A program made the translations under genes and the position numbers. Shown in pieces: positions 1 through 9,324 of a stretch of DNA of 54,979 bases (within the stretch, counting starts at the first letter, position 1; each line of letters opens with the position of its first letter). Source of the stretch: Betaproteobacteria bacterium (GTDB lineage Bacteria > Pseudomonadota > Gammaproteobacteria > Burkholderiales > Ga0077523); NCBI GenBank assembly GCA_031393885.1, contig JANMWG010000286.1, positions 1 to 54,979 on the forward strand, read 5' to 3'. Under the pieces are notes generated by a model, which worked only from the letters and a program-made list of their open reading frames with translations, ran no database searches and had not been told where the DNA came from.

Positions 1-264
1 CGCTGCGGCAACCGGCGATACGGTCCGCGCCCAGTACGCCAGCTGCGCCGCATCGAGCAAATGCACGATCACCGGATGATCCGCCGGGCGACCCTTGGCG
101 GCGAAGATCCGGCGCACGGCATCGGGATTCATGGCGTCGGCACCCAGCCCGTAAACGGTTTCGGTCGGAAATGCGACCAGCTCGCCGACACGCAATGCCG
201 CGACCGCCCGGCGAATCGCCGCGTCGGATGCCGTCGTCGGCATTGGAACTGCCGCGCGGCTCAT
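1..264 (-). CDS. tsaC: L-threonylcarbamoyladenylate synthase (Sua5/YrdC/TsaC family), N-terminal fragment; the gene continues past the window start
   Basis: Not in the ORF track because it is open at the window edge. My reverse-strand translation from ATG at 264 reads MSRAAVPMPTTASDAAIRRAVAALRVGELVAFPTETVYGLGADAMNPDAVRRIFAAKGRPADHPVIVH, which carries the YrdC-domain signature (PTETVYGLG, KGRP..HP). Confidence 0.8.
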   Translation of the reverse strand, partial: MSRAAVPMPTTASDAAIRRAVAALRVGELVAFPTETVYGLGADAMNPDAVRRIFAAKGRPADHPVIVHLLDAAQLAYWARTVSPVAAA

Positions 265-339
265 GGCGTCGACCGTTGCATCGCCAGCCGCCCGTACCCG
301 GGTGTGGACTTCCATTGCCGGTTCATCCGACGCTGGCGC

Positions 340-1224
340 TCAACGGGTGAGCATGCGCAAGGCTTCCTGATACTTCGCCGAGGTCTGGGTTACCACGTCG
401 TCCGGCAGAGCGGGCGCCGGTGGTTGCTTGTTCCAGTGCTGCGCCTCCAGCCAGTCGCGCACGAACTGCTTGTCGAACGATGGCGGGCTGATGCCGGTGC
501 GGTAGCGATCGGCGGGCCAGAAGCGCGAGGAATCCGGGGTGAGGGCCTCGTCGATCAGGAACAACTGGCCGGTGGCGTCGGTACCGAACTCGAACTTGGT
601 ATCGGCAATGATGATGCCGCGGGTCGCGGCGAACGCGGCGGCTTCGGTGTAAAGGCGGATTGCGACGCCTTGCACCTGCGCAGCACGATCGGCGCCGAGC
701 AGCACCTCGGCTTCCGCGAAGCCGATGTTCTCGTCGTGTGAGCCCTTGGGCGCCTTGGTCGAGGGCGTGAAGATCGGCGAGGGCAAGCGCGCGGCTTCGT
801 CCAGGCCGGGCGGCAACGCGATGCCGCAGATGGCACCGGTGCGACGATAGTCTTTCCACCCCGAGCCGGCGACATAACCGCGGACGATGGCCTCGACCGG
901 CAAGGGTTGCAGCTTGCGCACGACGAAAGCCCGTCCGGCAACCTGGTCCCGCTCGTCCGGCGCCACCACGGTCTCGGGGTCGATGCCGGTGAGATGATTG
1001 GGGATGACATGCCCGAGCCGGGCGAACCAGAAGTTAGACAGCTCGGTGAGCACCCGGCCCTTGCCCGGAACCGGCGTTGGCAGGATCACGTCGAACGCGG
1101 ACAGGCGGTCGGTCTGTACCACCAGCAGCCGATCGTCACCGGCGTCGTACAGATCGCGGACCTTGCCTCGATGCAGCAGCGGCAGCGAGCGCAGATGCGA
1201 TTCGAGCAGGGGCTGATCGCTCAT
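340..1224 (-). CDS. purC: phosphoribosylaminoimidazole-succinocarboxamide (SAICAR) synthase
   Basis: This is the last 294 aa of ORF 340..1869, starting [45 protein letters not shown], a typical long-form PurC. The ATG at 1224 overlaps the purK stop (ATGA). Confidence 0.93.
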   Translation of the reverse strand: MSDQPLLESHLRSLPLLHRGKVRDLYDAGDDRLLVVQTDRLSAFDVILPTPVPGKGRVLTELSNFWFARLGHVIPNHLTGIDPETVVAPDERDQVAGRAFVVRKLQPLPVEAIVRGYVAGSGWKDYRRTGAICGIALPPGLDEAARLPSPIFTPSTKAPKGSHDENIGFAEAEVLLGADRAAQVQGVAIRLYTEAAAFAATRGIIIADTKFEFGTDATGQLFLIDEALTPDSSRFWPADRYRTGISPPSFDKQFVRDWLEAQHWNKQPPAPALPDDVVTQTSAKYQEALRMLTR

Positions 1225-2396
1225 CGTGCCCCTTCCACGGCCAGCGTCGACGGCGCCGGCAACCGGGTGCCTTCCTCGAGCGCGGACCGGATCTGCGCGG
1301 CGGCCCGCAATGCGCCCGCGACCTCCGCATCGAGCAGCGTGTAGTGACCCATCTTGCGGCCGGGCCGGGCCTCGGTCTTGCCGTACAGATGCAGCTTGGC
1401 GCGCGGATGCGTCAGCACGTGACGCCATGCCGGTTCGCCGCCCGACCACAGATCCCCGAGCAGATTCACCATGACCGCCGGGCAGTGCAGCGCGGTATCG
1501 CCGAGCGGCAGGCCACACATGACGCGCACCTGCTGCTCGAACTGCGACGTGAAACACGCATCGATCGAATAGTGGCCGCTGTTGTGGGGCCGCGGTGCGA
1601 TCTCGTTCGCCAGCAGTTTGCCGCCAACGACGAAATATTCGACACAGAGCACGCCGCGATAGTCGAGCGCCTCGGCTACGCGCACCGTGGCATCGCGCGC
1701 CGCCTGCGCCAGTGGCGGCGGGATGCGCGCGGGCACCACACTGACATCGAGCACACCATCCACATGCCGATTCTCGGCCACCGGGTAGGTGCGGACTTCC
1801 CCGTCGAACCCGCGCGCCACCACGACGGAAAGCTCGATCTCCAGTTGCAGATGCCGCTCCAGCACGCACAGGGCGCCATCCATCGCGCGCAAAGCGACCT
1901 TCGCCTCCGCAACCGTTGCGACCCGTGCCTGACCCTTGCCGTCATAGCCGAATCGGGCACGCTTCAGGATGCCGGGAAGCAACGACGGATCGACACGCTC
2001 GAGATCGGTTTCCGAGGCGATGACGGCGAACGGCGCGGTGTCGAGGCCGATGCCGGCCAGAAAACGCTTCTCACAGGCACGATCCTGGGCAACGCCGACG
2101 CTGTCGGCGGATGGGCTCACCACGCAATGGCTGGCGAGCCGTCGCAACGCTTCGGCGGGTACGTTCTCGAACTCGGTGGTGACCGCCGCGCAGCGATGCG
2201 CCAGTTCGTCGAGTGTCGCGATGTCGAAGTAATCGGAACGGATATGGTGGTCGGCGACCGATCCGGCCGGACTGTGCTCGCCCGGGTCGACCACGATCAC
2301 GCGGTATCCCATGCTCTGCGCCGCCATGGTGAACATCCGGCCGAGCTGACCCCCGCCGAGCAGGCCCAGCCAGGCACCGGGCGCTACGGGTTTCAT
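1221..2396 (-). CDS. purK: N5-carboxyaminoimidazole ribonucleotide synthase
   Basis: 391-aa ORF with an ATP-grasp fold. Motifs include [12 protein letters not shown] at the N-terminus and HNSGHYS. It sits between purE and purC. Confidence 0.93.
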   Translation of the reverse strand: MKPVAPGAWLGLLGGGQLGRMFTMAAQSMGYRVIVVDPGEHSPAGSVADHHIRSDYFDIATLDELAHRCAAVTTEFENVPAEALRRLASHCVVSPSADSVGVAQDRACEKRFLAGIGLDTAPFAVIASETDLERVDPSLLPGILKRARFGYDGKGQARVATVAEAKVALRAMDGALCVLERHLQLEIELSVVVARGFDGEVRTYPVAENRHVDGVLDVSVVPARIPPPLAQAARDATVRVAEALDYRGVLCVEYFVVGGKLLANEIAPRPHNSGHYSIDACFTSQFEQQVRVMCGLPLGDTALHCPAVMVNLLGDLWSGGEPAWRHVLTHPRAKLHLYGKTEARPGRKMGHYTLLDAEVAGALRAAAQIRSALEEGTRLPAPSTLAVEGAR

Positions 2397-2899
2397 GGCA
2401 GTGGCGGCAGTTCAACCGCCGTGACGGCGGCTTCCTGCTCGCGGCGCAGGTCGGTGAGACGAAGCGACAACGCGGGGTCGGTCAGGGCCAGCACCTGCGC
2501 GGCGAACAATGCCGCATTGACCGCTCCGGCCTCGCCGATGGCGAAGGTCGCGACCGGGACGCCGCGCGGCATCTGCACGATCGACAGCAGGGAATCGAGC
2601 CCCTGCAGAGCCTTGCCGGGCACCGGCACCCCGAGCACCGGCAGCGTGGTCTTCGCGGCGGTCATGCCAGGCAGATGGGCCGCCCCCCCGGCACCGGCGA
2701 TGATGCAGCGCAGCCCGCGGGCGGCAGCGGTCGCGGCGTACGCGAACATCGCGTCGGGCGTGCGATGCGCGGACACCACCTTCGCTTCCCACACGACGCC
2801 CAGGCGCTCGAGGGTCTGGGCCGCATTGCGCATGACATCCCAATCGCTGTTCGAACCCATGATGATGCCGACCCTCGGCGTTGCGTCGGTCACGGGCAT
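2393..2899 (-). CDS. purE: N5-carboxyaminoimidazole ribonucleotide mutase
   Basis: 168 aa with [20 protein letters not shown] and [10 protein letters not shown] motifs. It has a 4-nt overlap with the purK start. Confidence 0.95.
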   Translation of the reverse strand: MPVTDATPRVGIIMGSNSDWDVMRNAAQTLERLGVVWEAKVVSAHRTPDAMFAYAATAAARGLRCIIAGAGGAAHLPGMTAAKTTLPVLGVPVPGKALQGLDSLLSIVQMPRGVPVATFAIGEAGAVNAALFAAQVLALTDPALSLRLTDLRREQEAAVTAVELPPLP

Positions 2900-4329
2900 C
2901 AGACCCTGCTTTCACCGACCTTGACGATCTTCAGGGTGTTGGTACCGCCGGATTTTCCGATCGGCTCGCCGTACGTCAGTACGATGATGTCTCCGTCCAC
3001 CACTGCACCATGGCTCTTGAGCCGATCCTCTGCTTCGAGCAGCAGCGCCTCGCGGTCGGTGCCTTGGTACTGGATCATCAGCGGATAGACATCGCGAAAC
3101 AATGACAGCCGATAGCGGGTCCCGACCTCGGGCGTCAGTGCGTAGATCGGGACGCCGCAATTCAGGCGCGAGATCCAGAGCGCCGTCGAACCCGACTGGG
3201 TGAGGGCAGCGATGCACTTCACCTTGAGGTGGAAGGTGGTGAACAGCGCCCCCATGGCGATCGACTGGTCGACCCGGGTGAACACGCGGTTGAGGAATTC
3301 ACGGTCGAGCGTGAGGTCGGCGGATTTCTCGGCCTCGATGCACACGCGACTCATCGCTTCGACCGTCTGCACCGGATACTTTCCCGCCGCCGTCTCGGCG
3401 GACAACATCACGGCGTCGGTGCCGTCCAGCACCGCGTTGGCGACATCCGAGACTTCGGCCCGCGTCGGGACCGGACTCTCGATCATCGATTCCATCATCT
3501 GCGTGGCGGTGATGGTCAGCTTGTTCTTCTCGCGCGCGAGCCGGATCATCCGCTTCTGTAGCGCCGGCACGGTGGCATCGCCGACTTCCACGGCGAGATC
3601 GCCGCGCGCCACCATGATGCCGTCGGAGGCGTCGAGAATCCCCTCGAGCGCGCCGATGGCCTCGGCCCGCTCGATCTTCGCGATCAGCAACGAGCGCCCA
3701 CCCGATGCCCGCATGAGTTCGCGCGCCATGTACATGTCGGCGCCGCTCTTGGGAAAGGACACCGCGAGAAAATCGGCCTTCATGCGCGCGGCGGTGCGGA
3801 TGTCTTCCATATCCTTGGCGGTGAGCGCCGGCGCCGTCAGCCCGCCACCCTCGCGATTGATACCCTTGTTGTTCGACAGCACGCCGCCGTCGCGCACCAC
3901 GGTATGGATTTCGGTTCCGATCACGCGCTCGACCGCGATCTTGATACGGCCGTCATCGAGCAACAGGATGTCGCCAGCGCGGACGTCCTGAGGGAGATCC
4001 GGGTAATCGAGCCCGACCCGCTCCTGGTTGCCCAGCGTGCAGGTGGCATCGAGAACGAACCGGTCGCCCGTGGCCAGGGTGATCCTGCCCTCCGCGAACT
4101 TGCCGACCCGAATCTTGGGCCCTTGCAGGTCGCACATGATGCCGACGGTGAGTTCAGCTTCGCGCGCCACTTCCCGCACCAGTTCGGCCCGGGCGAGGTG
4201 GTCCTCCGCCGTGCCATGGGAGAAGTTCATGCGCACGACATTGACGCCGGCCAGAACCATCTTGCGCAGTACCTCGCGCTCGGAACAGGCGGGGCCGAGG
4301 GTGGCAACGATCTTGGTGCTGCGTTGCAT
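2899..4329 (-). CDS. pyk: pyruvate kinase
   Basis: ORF 2899..4368. The conserved start is [15 protein letters not shown] (ATG at 4329), followed by NFSHG and [10 protein letters not shown] motifs. The stop shares 1 nt with the purE ATG. Confidence 0.93.
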   Translation of the reverse strand: MQRSTKIVATLGPACSEREVLRKMVLAGVNVVRMNFSHGTAEDHLARAELVREVAREAELTVGIMCDLQGPKIRVGKFAEGRITLATGDRFVLDATCTLGNQERVGLDYPDLPQDVRAGDILLLDDGRIKIAVERVIGTEIHTVVRDGGVLSNNKGINREGGGLTAPALTAKDMEDIRTAARMKADFLAVSFPKSGADMYMARELMRASGGRSLLIAKIERAEAIGALEGILDASDGIMVARGDLAVEVGDATVPALQKRMIRLAREKNKLTITATQMMESMIESPVPTRAEVSDVANAVLDGTDAVMLSAETAAGKYPVQTVEAMSRVCIEAEKSADLTLDREFLNRVFTRVDQSIAMGALFTTFHLKVKCIAALTQSGSTALWISRLNCGVPIYALTPEVGTRYRLSLFRDVYPLMIQYQGTDREALLLEAEDRLKSHGAVVDGDIIVLTYGEPIGKSGGTNTLKIVKVGESRV

Positions 4330-4380
4330 TTTGGGAAGGACCGGAGGCGAATGAAAGGGGAAAGGCATCGGGCGTCGGCA

Positions 4381-5559
4381 TCAGCCGCCAGCGCGCGCTT
4401 CGAGAATCTCGATCGCGGGCAGCTTGCGCCCTTCGAGGAATTCGAGAAAGGCCCCGCCGGCAGTCGATATGTAGGAGACGCGATCGGCGATACCGAACTT
4501 GGCGATCGCTGCGATGGTATCGCCACCACCGGCCAGCGAGAACCCGTGTGAACCGGCGATCGCCTGGGCAAGGGCACGGGTACCGCCGGCGAAAGCGTCG
4601 AACTCGAACACGCCGACCGGCCCGTTCCACACGATCGTGCCGGCGGCGGCGAGCATGGCGCTGAATCGCACGGCGGTCTCGGGGCCTATGTCGAGAATGA
4701 GGTCGTCCCCGGCAACGTCGGCCACCGCCTTCACCGTCGCTTCGGCGGTTGCGGAGAAGGCCTTGGCGACAACGACATCCGTCGGCACGGCAACGGCGGC
4801 ACCGCGCGCCGTTGCCGCCGCCATGATACGAGCAGCTTCCGGTACCAGCTCGGCCTCTGCCAGCGATTTTCCGATCGGCAGTCCGGCCGCGAGCATGAAC
4901 GTGTTGGCGATCCCGCCACCGACGATCAACTGGTCCACTTTCTCGGCCAGGGCGCCGAGTATGGTGAGCTTGGTCGACACCTTGGACCCGCCGACGATCG
5001 CGATCATCGGCCGCGCGGGCCGGCTCAGCGCACGGGTCAGCGCATCTATCTCGGCGGCCATCAGCGGCCCGGCGCAAGCCACCGGCGCGAATCTGGCGAC
5101 GCCGTGGGTCGTTGCCTCGGCACGATGGGCGGTCGCGAAGGCGTCGTTGACGTACACGTCGCACAACGACGCGATGCGACGCGCGAGCGCCTCGTCGTTC
5201 TTTTTCTCGCCGATATTGAAACGACAGTTTTCCAGCAGCACCACGCTACCCGGGGCGACGTCGACGCCATCGAGCCAGTCGCGTACCAACGGGACCGGCT
5301 GCGCCAGCAACGCCGAGAGCCGTGCCGCGACCGGTGCCAGCGACTCCGCCGGATCGAACCTGCCTTCGGTCGGACGCCCGAGGTGCGACACCAGCAGGAC
5401 GGCGGCGCCATGTCCGAGCGCGTAACGAATGCCCGGCAGCACTGCCCGGATGCGGGTGTCGTCGCCGATCGCGCCCTCATGCAACGGTACATTCAGGTCG
5501 ACCCGGATCAGCACCCGCTGGCCGGCAATCGGGACATCGGAGAGCTTGCGTACGGTCAT
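4381..5559 (-). CDS. pgk: phosphoglycerate kinase
   Basis: ORF 4381..5625. The conserved start is [26 protein letters not shown] (ATG at 5559), giving 392 aa. The GGGD and FSLAGGGDT region is present. Confidence 0.94.
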   Translation of the reverse strand: MTVRKLSDVPIAGQRVLIRVDLNVPLHEGAIGDDTRIRAVLPGIRYALGHGAAVLLVSHLGRPTEGRFDPAESLAPVAARLSALLAQPVPLVRDWLDGVDVAPGSVVLLENCRFNIGEKKNDEALARRIASLCDVYVNDAFATAHRAEATTHGVARFAPVACAGPLMAAEIDALTRALSRPARPMIAIVGGSKVSTKLTILGALAEKVDQLIVGGGIANTFMLAAGLPIGKSLAEAELVPEAARIMAAATARGAAVAVPTDVVVAKAFSATAEATVKAVADVAGDDLILDIGPETAVRFSAMLAAAGTIVWNGPVGVFEFDAFAGGTRALAQAIAGSHGFSLAGGGDTIAAIAKFGIADRVSYISTAGGAFLEFLEGRKLPAIEILEARAGG

Positions 5560-5682
5560 GTCGGGGATGTCGGCAGTCGAGCAACGGCCAGGATCATGGA
5601 GCCCCACGGACAACGCGCGGTACACCGGCCGACCGCCGCCAGCGCAAACCCGCCGGTTGTGGTTGTGCGGGCCACGCGGTCG

Positions 5683-6693
5683 CTACTTGGCATTCATGAA
5701 AGCAACCGCGGTGTCGAGCATGCGGTTGCTGAATCCCCACTCGTTGTCGTACCACGAACACACCTTGACCAGCGTGCCCTCGGACACCTTGGTGAGGGTG
5801 CCGTCGAAGATCGACGAACGCGGATCGTGGTTGTAGTCGATCGACACCAGCGGCTCGGTGGTGTAGCCGAGGATGCCCTTGAGCTCACCCAGAGACGCTG
5901 CTTCGATGATGCTGTTGACCTCGGCCACCGTAGTGGCTCGCTTGGCGGTGAACGACAGGTCGACGAGCGACACGTTGATGGTCGGCACGCGCATCGCGAA
6001 GCCGTCGAGCTTGCCGTCGAGTTCGGGCAGGACCAGTCCGACCGCGGCCGCGGCGCCGGTCTTGGTCGGGATCATCGACATGGTGGCCGAGCGGGCGCGC
6101 CGCAGGTCCTCGTGATAGACGTCGGTCAGCACCTGGTCATTGGTATAGGCGTGGATGGTGGTCATGAGTCCGGCGACCAGGCCGATCTTCTCGTGCAGCG
6201 GCTTGACCATCGGCGCCAGGCAGTTGGTGGTGCACGACGCATTGGAGATGACAGTATGGGTCGACTTGAGCGTGTGGTGATTGACGCCGTAGACGATGGT
6301 CGCGTCGACGTTCTTGCCGGGTGCCGAGATGATGACCTTCTTCGCGCCGCCCGCCAGATGCAGGGCCGCCTTGTCCTTGGAGGTGAAGATGCCGGTCGAT
6401 TCCATCACCACGTCGACGTCGAGCGAACCCCAGGGCAGCTTCGCCGGATCGCGTTCCGCGAACACCCGGATGCGGTCGCCATTGACCACCATCGAGTCGC
6501 CATCGACCGCGACCGTGCCCTTGAATCGGCCGTGCGCCGTGTCGAAGCGCGTGAGGTGTGCATTGGTTTCCGGGCTGCCCAGGTCGTTGATGGCAACGAT
6601 CTGGATCTCGCCGTTGCGGCCCGATTCGTAGAGCGCGCGGAGGATGTTCCGGCCGATACGGCCGAAGCCGTTGATGGCTACGCGGATGGGCAT
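5683..6693 (-). CDS. gap: glyceraldehyde-3-phosphate dehydrogenase
   Basis: 336 aa with [10 protein letters not shown] and the active site [12 protein letters not shown]. Confidence 0.96.
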   Translation of the reverse strand: MPIRVAINGFGRIGRNILRALYESGRNGEIQIVAINDLGSPETNAHLTRFDTAHGRFKGTVAVDGDSMVVNGDRIRVFAERDPAKLPWGSLDVDVVMESTGIFTSKDKAALHLAGGAKKVIISAPGKNVDATIVYGVNHHTLKSTHTVISNASCTTNCLAPMVKPLHEKIGLVAGLMTTIHAYTNDQVLTDVYHEDLRRARSATMSMIPTKTGAAAAVGLVLPELDGKLDGFAMRVPTINVSLVDLSFTAKRATTVAEVNSIIEAASLGELKGILGYTTEPLVSIDYNHDPRSSIFDGTLTKVSEGTLVKVCSWYDNEWGFSNRMLDTAVAFMNAK

Positions 6694-6748
6694 TCGAGGC
6701 TCCTGTCAGCAGAAGACGGCATCTTACCTCGGTCGCAAGGGGGGTCAG

Positions 6749-7705
6749 TCAGGGCCGGGGGAATGCTCGGGCGGCGCCACGCAGAGCCGGGTTGCGCGCG
6801 GTGATCACACGGGTGGGTACCGCACGCACGTAATCGCGGAAACGACCCTTGTGCTCGAACCGCGCGCGAAAGCCGGAACGATCGAACCATTCGCCCAGCG
6901 CCGGCACGATGCCACCACCGATGAAGACGCCGCCGCGGGCACCGAGCGTCACGCACAGGTTTGCGGCGACAGTACCGAGCAACTCGCAAAACTGGTCGAG
7001 GGTCGCGGCGCAGCGGCGGTCGCCGCCGAGCGCGGCGGCAGCGATTTTCTCGGAGGTATCGGGACCTGGATCTTCACCGTCCATCGTCGCCAGCGTCCGA
7101 TGCAACAACACGATGCCGGGGCCGCTGACCAGACGCTCCGCCGACATATGGGCGTATTGGTGCCACAGGACGCGCAACACCTCCGATTCTCGCGGGTTCA
7201 TCGGTGCCAGCGCCACATGTCCGCCTTCGCCCTGGATCGGAATCCATCCGCTGGCGGACGGCAGCAGGCCGGATACCCCCAGCCCGGTGCCGGCACCGAG
7301 CAGCGCCCTCGGCGCATCTGCGATCGCAACCCCGCCGCCGACCTGGCGGGTCTCGGCTGCGCCGAGGTGCGGCAGCGCCAGCGCCAGCGCGGTGAAATCG
7401 TTGATCAGCCGCAGCACCTCGAGCCCCCGGTCCCGACGCGTCTGCTCGATCGAGAATGACCAGTGATTGTTGGTGAAGCTGACCTGGTCACCGGTCAGCG
7501 GCGTAGCGACGGCGATCACTGCCTGCGTGACCGGACCGACCTGAACGTCGGACAGGTATCGGCGGATGGCGGCGGACAGGTCTTCGAACGCCGCACAGGG
7601 AAGGGTGAGTTCATGGCTTGGCTCGTGGCCGTCCACGGCGACCAGGGCAAAGCGTGCATTGGTGCCACCGATGTCGGCGACCAGTCGATAGGCGGTGACA
7701 GTCAT
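6749..7705 (-). CDS. glk: glucokinase
   Basis: ORF 6749..7834. The conserved start is MTVTAYRLVADIGGTNARFAL (ATG at 7705), giving 318 aa. The upstream ORF extension runs through intergenic repeats. Confidence 0.88.
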   Translation of the reverse strand: MTVTAYRLVADIGGTNARFALVAVDGHEPSHELTLPCAAFEDLSAAIRRYLSDVQVGPVTQAVIAVATPLTGDQVSFTNNHWSFSIEQTRRDRGLEVLRLINDFTALALALPHLGAAETRQVGGGVAIADAPRALLGAGTGLGVSGLLPSASGWIPIQGEGGHVALAPMNPRESEVLRVLWHQYAHMSAERLVSGPGIVLLHRTLATMDGEDPGPDTSEKIAAAALGGDRRCAATLDQFCELLGTVAANLCVTLGARGGVFIGGGIVPALGEWFDRSGFRARFEHKGRFRDYVRAVPTRVITARNPALRGAARAFPRP

Positions 7706-7735
7706 CGTAGATTGTCCGCCGGGCCGCTCCAAAGC

Positions 7736-7935
7736 GCGCTGTGCCCCCTCGGGGGGAAGGCGCAGCGCAGCGCAGATTGGTGAACGAAGGGGCAGTTCGC
7801 GCCGGGCCGCCAGTGGCCGGCGTCCGCTGTCCAACGGCCGGCACAGACAGTCCGCAGGGACTGTCTGTGTCCGGCCTCAGCTCGCCAAGCGAACTGCGCC
7901 CCCTCGGGGGGAAGGCGGAGCGCAGCGCAGACTGG
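7736..7935. repeat. Composite REP-like palindromic element: two direct 45-nt copies flanking a 41-nt hairpin
   Basis: Copies at 7736-7780 and 7891-7935 are identical at 40 of 45 positions (core TGCGCCCCCTCGGGGGGAAGGCG.AGCGCAGCGCAGA.TGG). The hairpin GGCCGGCACAGACAGTCC-GCAG-GGACTGTCTGTGTCCGGCC lies at 7836-7876. An inverted flank pair also occurs, GGGGCAGTTCGC (about 7789-7800) against GCGAACTGCGCCCC (about 7889-7902). Confidence 0.8.
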
Positions 7936-7950
7936 GGGGGTCCTCAACTG

Positions 7951-9216
7951 TCAGCTCTCCGGTTTGCGTGGCAGGGTGATGCCGAGCTGCTTGAGTTTTC
8001 GATAGAGATGCGTGCGCTCGAGTCCGACGCGGTCAGCAACCCGGCTCATGTTGCCGCCCTCGATCGCAATATGGTGGGCGAAATAGGCCCGCTCGAATGC
8101 GTCGCGGGCGGTACGCAGCTCGGTGTCGAGAGCCAGACCGCCGAGCGATGCGGTCGGGGCGTCAGGCATGCGATTGAGCGTGACCGAGACATCGGCGGGT
8201 CCGATTTCGGCGCCATCGCTCACCAGTGCCGCCGATCTCACCACCGACTCTAGCTGGGCGAGATTGCCGGGCCAGCGATAGAGCCGCAGCTGATTGAGCG
8301 CAGCGGTTCCGAAACTGCGGGCGGGCACCGCACGGGATTCCGACAACCGCTCGAGTACCAGCTTGGCGATCTCCGGCACGTCCTCGGGATGTTCCGCCAG
8401 TGCCGGCACACGCAGGCTGATGGCGGCCAATGCCGCGTACAACCGGGAGTCGAAGGTGCCATCGGCAACGCGTTGCGGCAGATCCGGCGGTGCAGTGGAC
8501 ACGACCCGGGTATTGGCCTGCTCCAACGCGGGCAACGCACGGGTCAGGGCCTCCTGGTCGGCCAGCGCCAGTCGATCCACCCGGCGGAGGAACAAGGTGC
8601 CATCGCCGGCAGCCCCGAGATCTCTGCGCTCGGGGTCGTGCAGGAACTCCGCGTCAGCGGGTGCAACCCACGCCGTGTTTGCACGATGCAGGTAGCGTGC
8701 GCACAACCCCTTGCCACAACCGGGATCACCGGTGAGGAGCACCGCATTGCGCAGATCGCGCACGCGTTCGAGACGTTCGCGCAGGTCCGACACGATCGGC
8801 GCCCGGCCCAGAAACGCGAGCGAATGCGCCGGTTGCGCAGCCGCTGCCGTCGCCTGCTGTGCCAACGCCTTGCCAACCGTGACCAGCAGCTTCTGCATCG
8901 CCACCGGTTTCTCGAGAAAGGCATAGGCGCCGATGCGCGTTGCCTCCACCGCGGTCTCGATCGTTCCGTGGCCTGACATCATCACCACCGGCATCGTGAG
9001 CTGGCCGGTCGAGGCCCATTCGCGCAACAGCGTGATGCCGTCGGTGTCCGGCATCCAGATGTCGAGCAGCACCAGATCGGGCCGGGTGCGGCTGCGAACC
9101 TGTCGTGCCTCCGCCGCGTTCTGCGCGAGCCGTACCTGATGTCCTTCATCGGACAGGATTTCGGACAGCAATTCGCGAATGCCGATCTCGTCGTCGACCA
9201 CCAGGATCTGGCTCAC
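7951..9216 (-). CDS. ntrX: NtrX-type response regulator (REC, degenerate AAA+ and Fis-type HTH domains)
   Basis: GTG start. The sequence reads MSQILVVDDEIGIRELL...LLDIWMPDTDG (REC), GDPGCGKG (Walker A), and a C-terminal GGNMSRVADRVGLERTHLYRKLKQLGI HTH. It lies downstream of ntrY. Confidence 0.85.
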   Translation of the reverse strand: MSQILVVDDEIGIRELLSEILSDEGHQVRLAQNAAEARQVRSRTRPDLVLLDIWMPDTDGITLLREWASTGQLTMPVVMMSGHGTIETAVEATRIGAYAFLEKPVAMQKLLVTVGKALAQQATAAAAQPAHSLAFLGRAPIVSDLRERLERVRDLRNAVLLTGDPGCGKGLCARYLHRANTAWVAPADAEFLHDPERRDLGAAGDGTLFLRRVDRLALADQEALTRALPALEQANTRVVSTAPPDLPQRVADGTFDSRLYAALAAISLRVPALAEHPEDVPEIAKLVLERLSESRAVPARSFGTAALNQLRLYRWPGNLAQLESVVRSAALVSDGAEIGPADVSVTLNRMPDAPTASLGGLALDTELRTARDAFERAYFAHHIAIEGGNMSRVADRVGLERTHLYRKLKQLGITLPRKPES

Positions 9217-9324
9217 GACACCGCTCCCGATCCGTCTCGCGTTTCAGCCTCGGGAAAGAACACCGGGGTACACCGGCTCGAGGCATGACCTTCCGACCGA
9301 CATCCACGAGCACATGCAGCATCG

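Noticed and set aside
1077-2924. 615-aa plus-strand ORF, along with similar long ORFs: 5104..6804 (+), 17439..19454 (-), 36160..37416 (-), 38704..39891 (-), 40659..42086 (-), 41999..43426 (-), 43102..44595 (-), 46689..48032 (-), 48970..51201 (-) and 52765..54423 (-)
   Set aside because: Each lies antisense to, or out of frame with, a gene that has unmistakable conserved motifs (purK/purE, pgk/gap, topB, atpA, atpD, M20, MdcDE-like, matB, tpsB, tpsA). Their translations are Arg/Ala/Gly/Pro-rich and low in complexity, as expected for stop-poor shadow frames in ~65% GC DNA.
7836-7876. Strong 18-19 bp hairpin as a Rho-independent terminator of ntrX
   Set aside because: No U-tract follows the stem on the minus strand. 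The hairpin is embedded in the larger repeat composite, so I report it as a repeat rather than a terminator.
7741-8253. 170-aa ORF and its neighbours (7695..7979, 7702..7947, 7611..7844) carrying repeated peptides such as PPRGEGAAQRRL / PLGGKAERSADW
   Set aside because: The repeated peptides are simply translations of the duplicated REP-like DNA element in the ntrX-glk spacer. The rest of the ORF overlaps the ntrX 3' end on the opposite strand.
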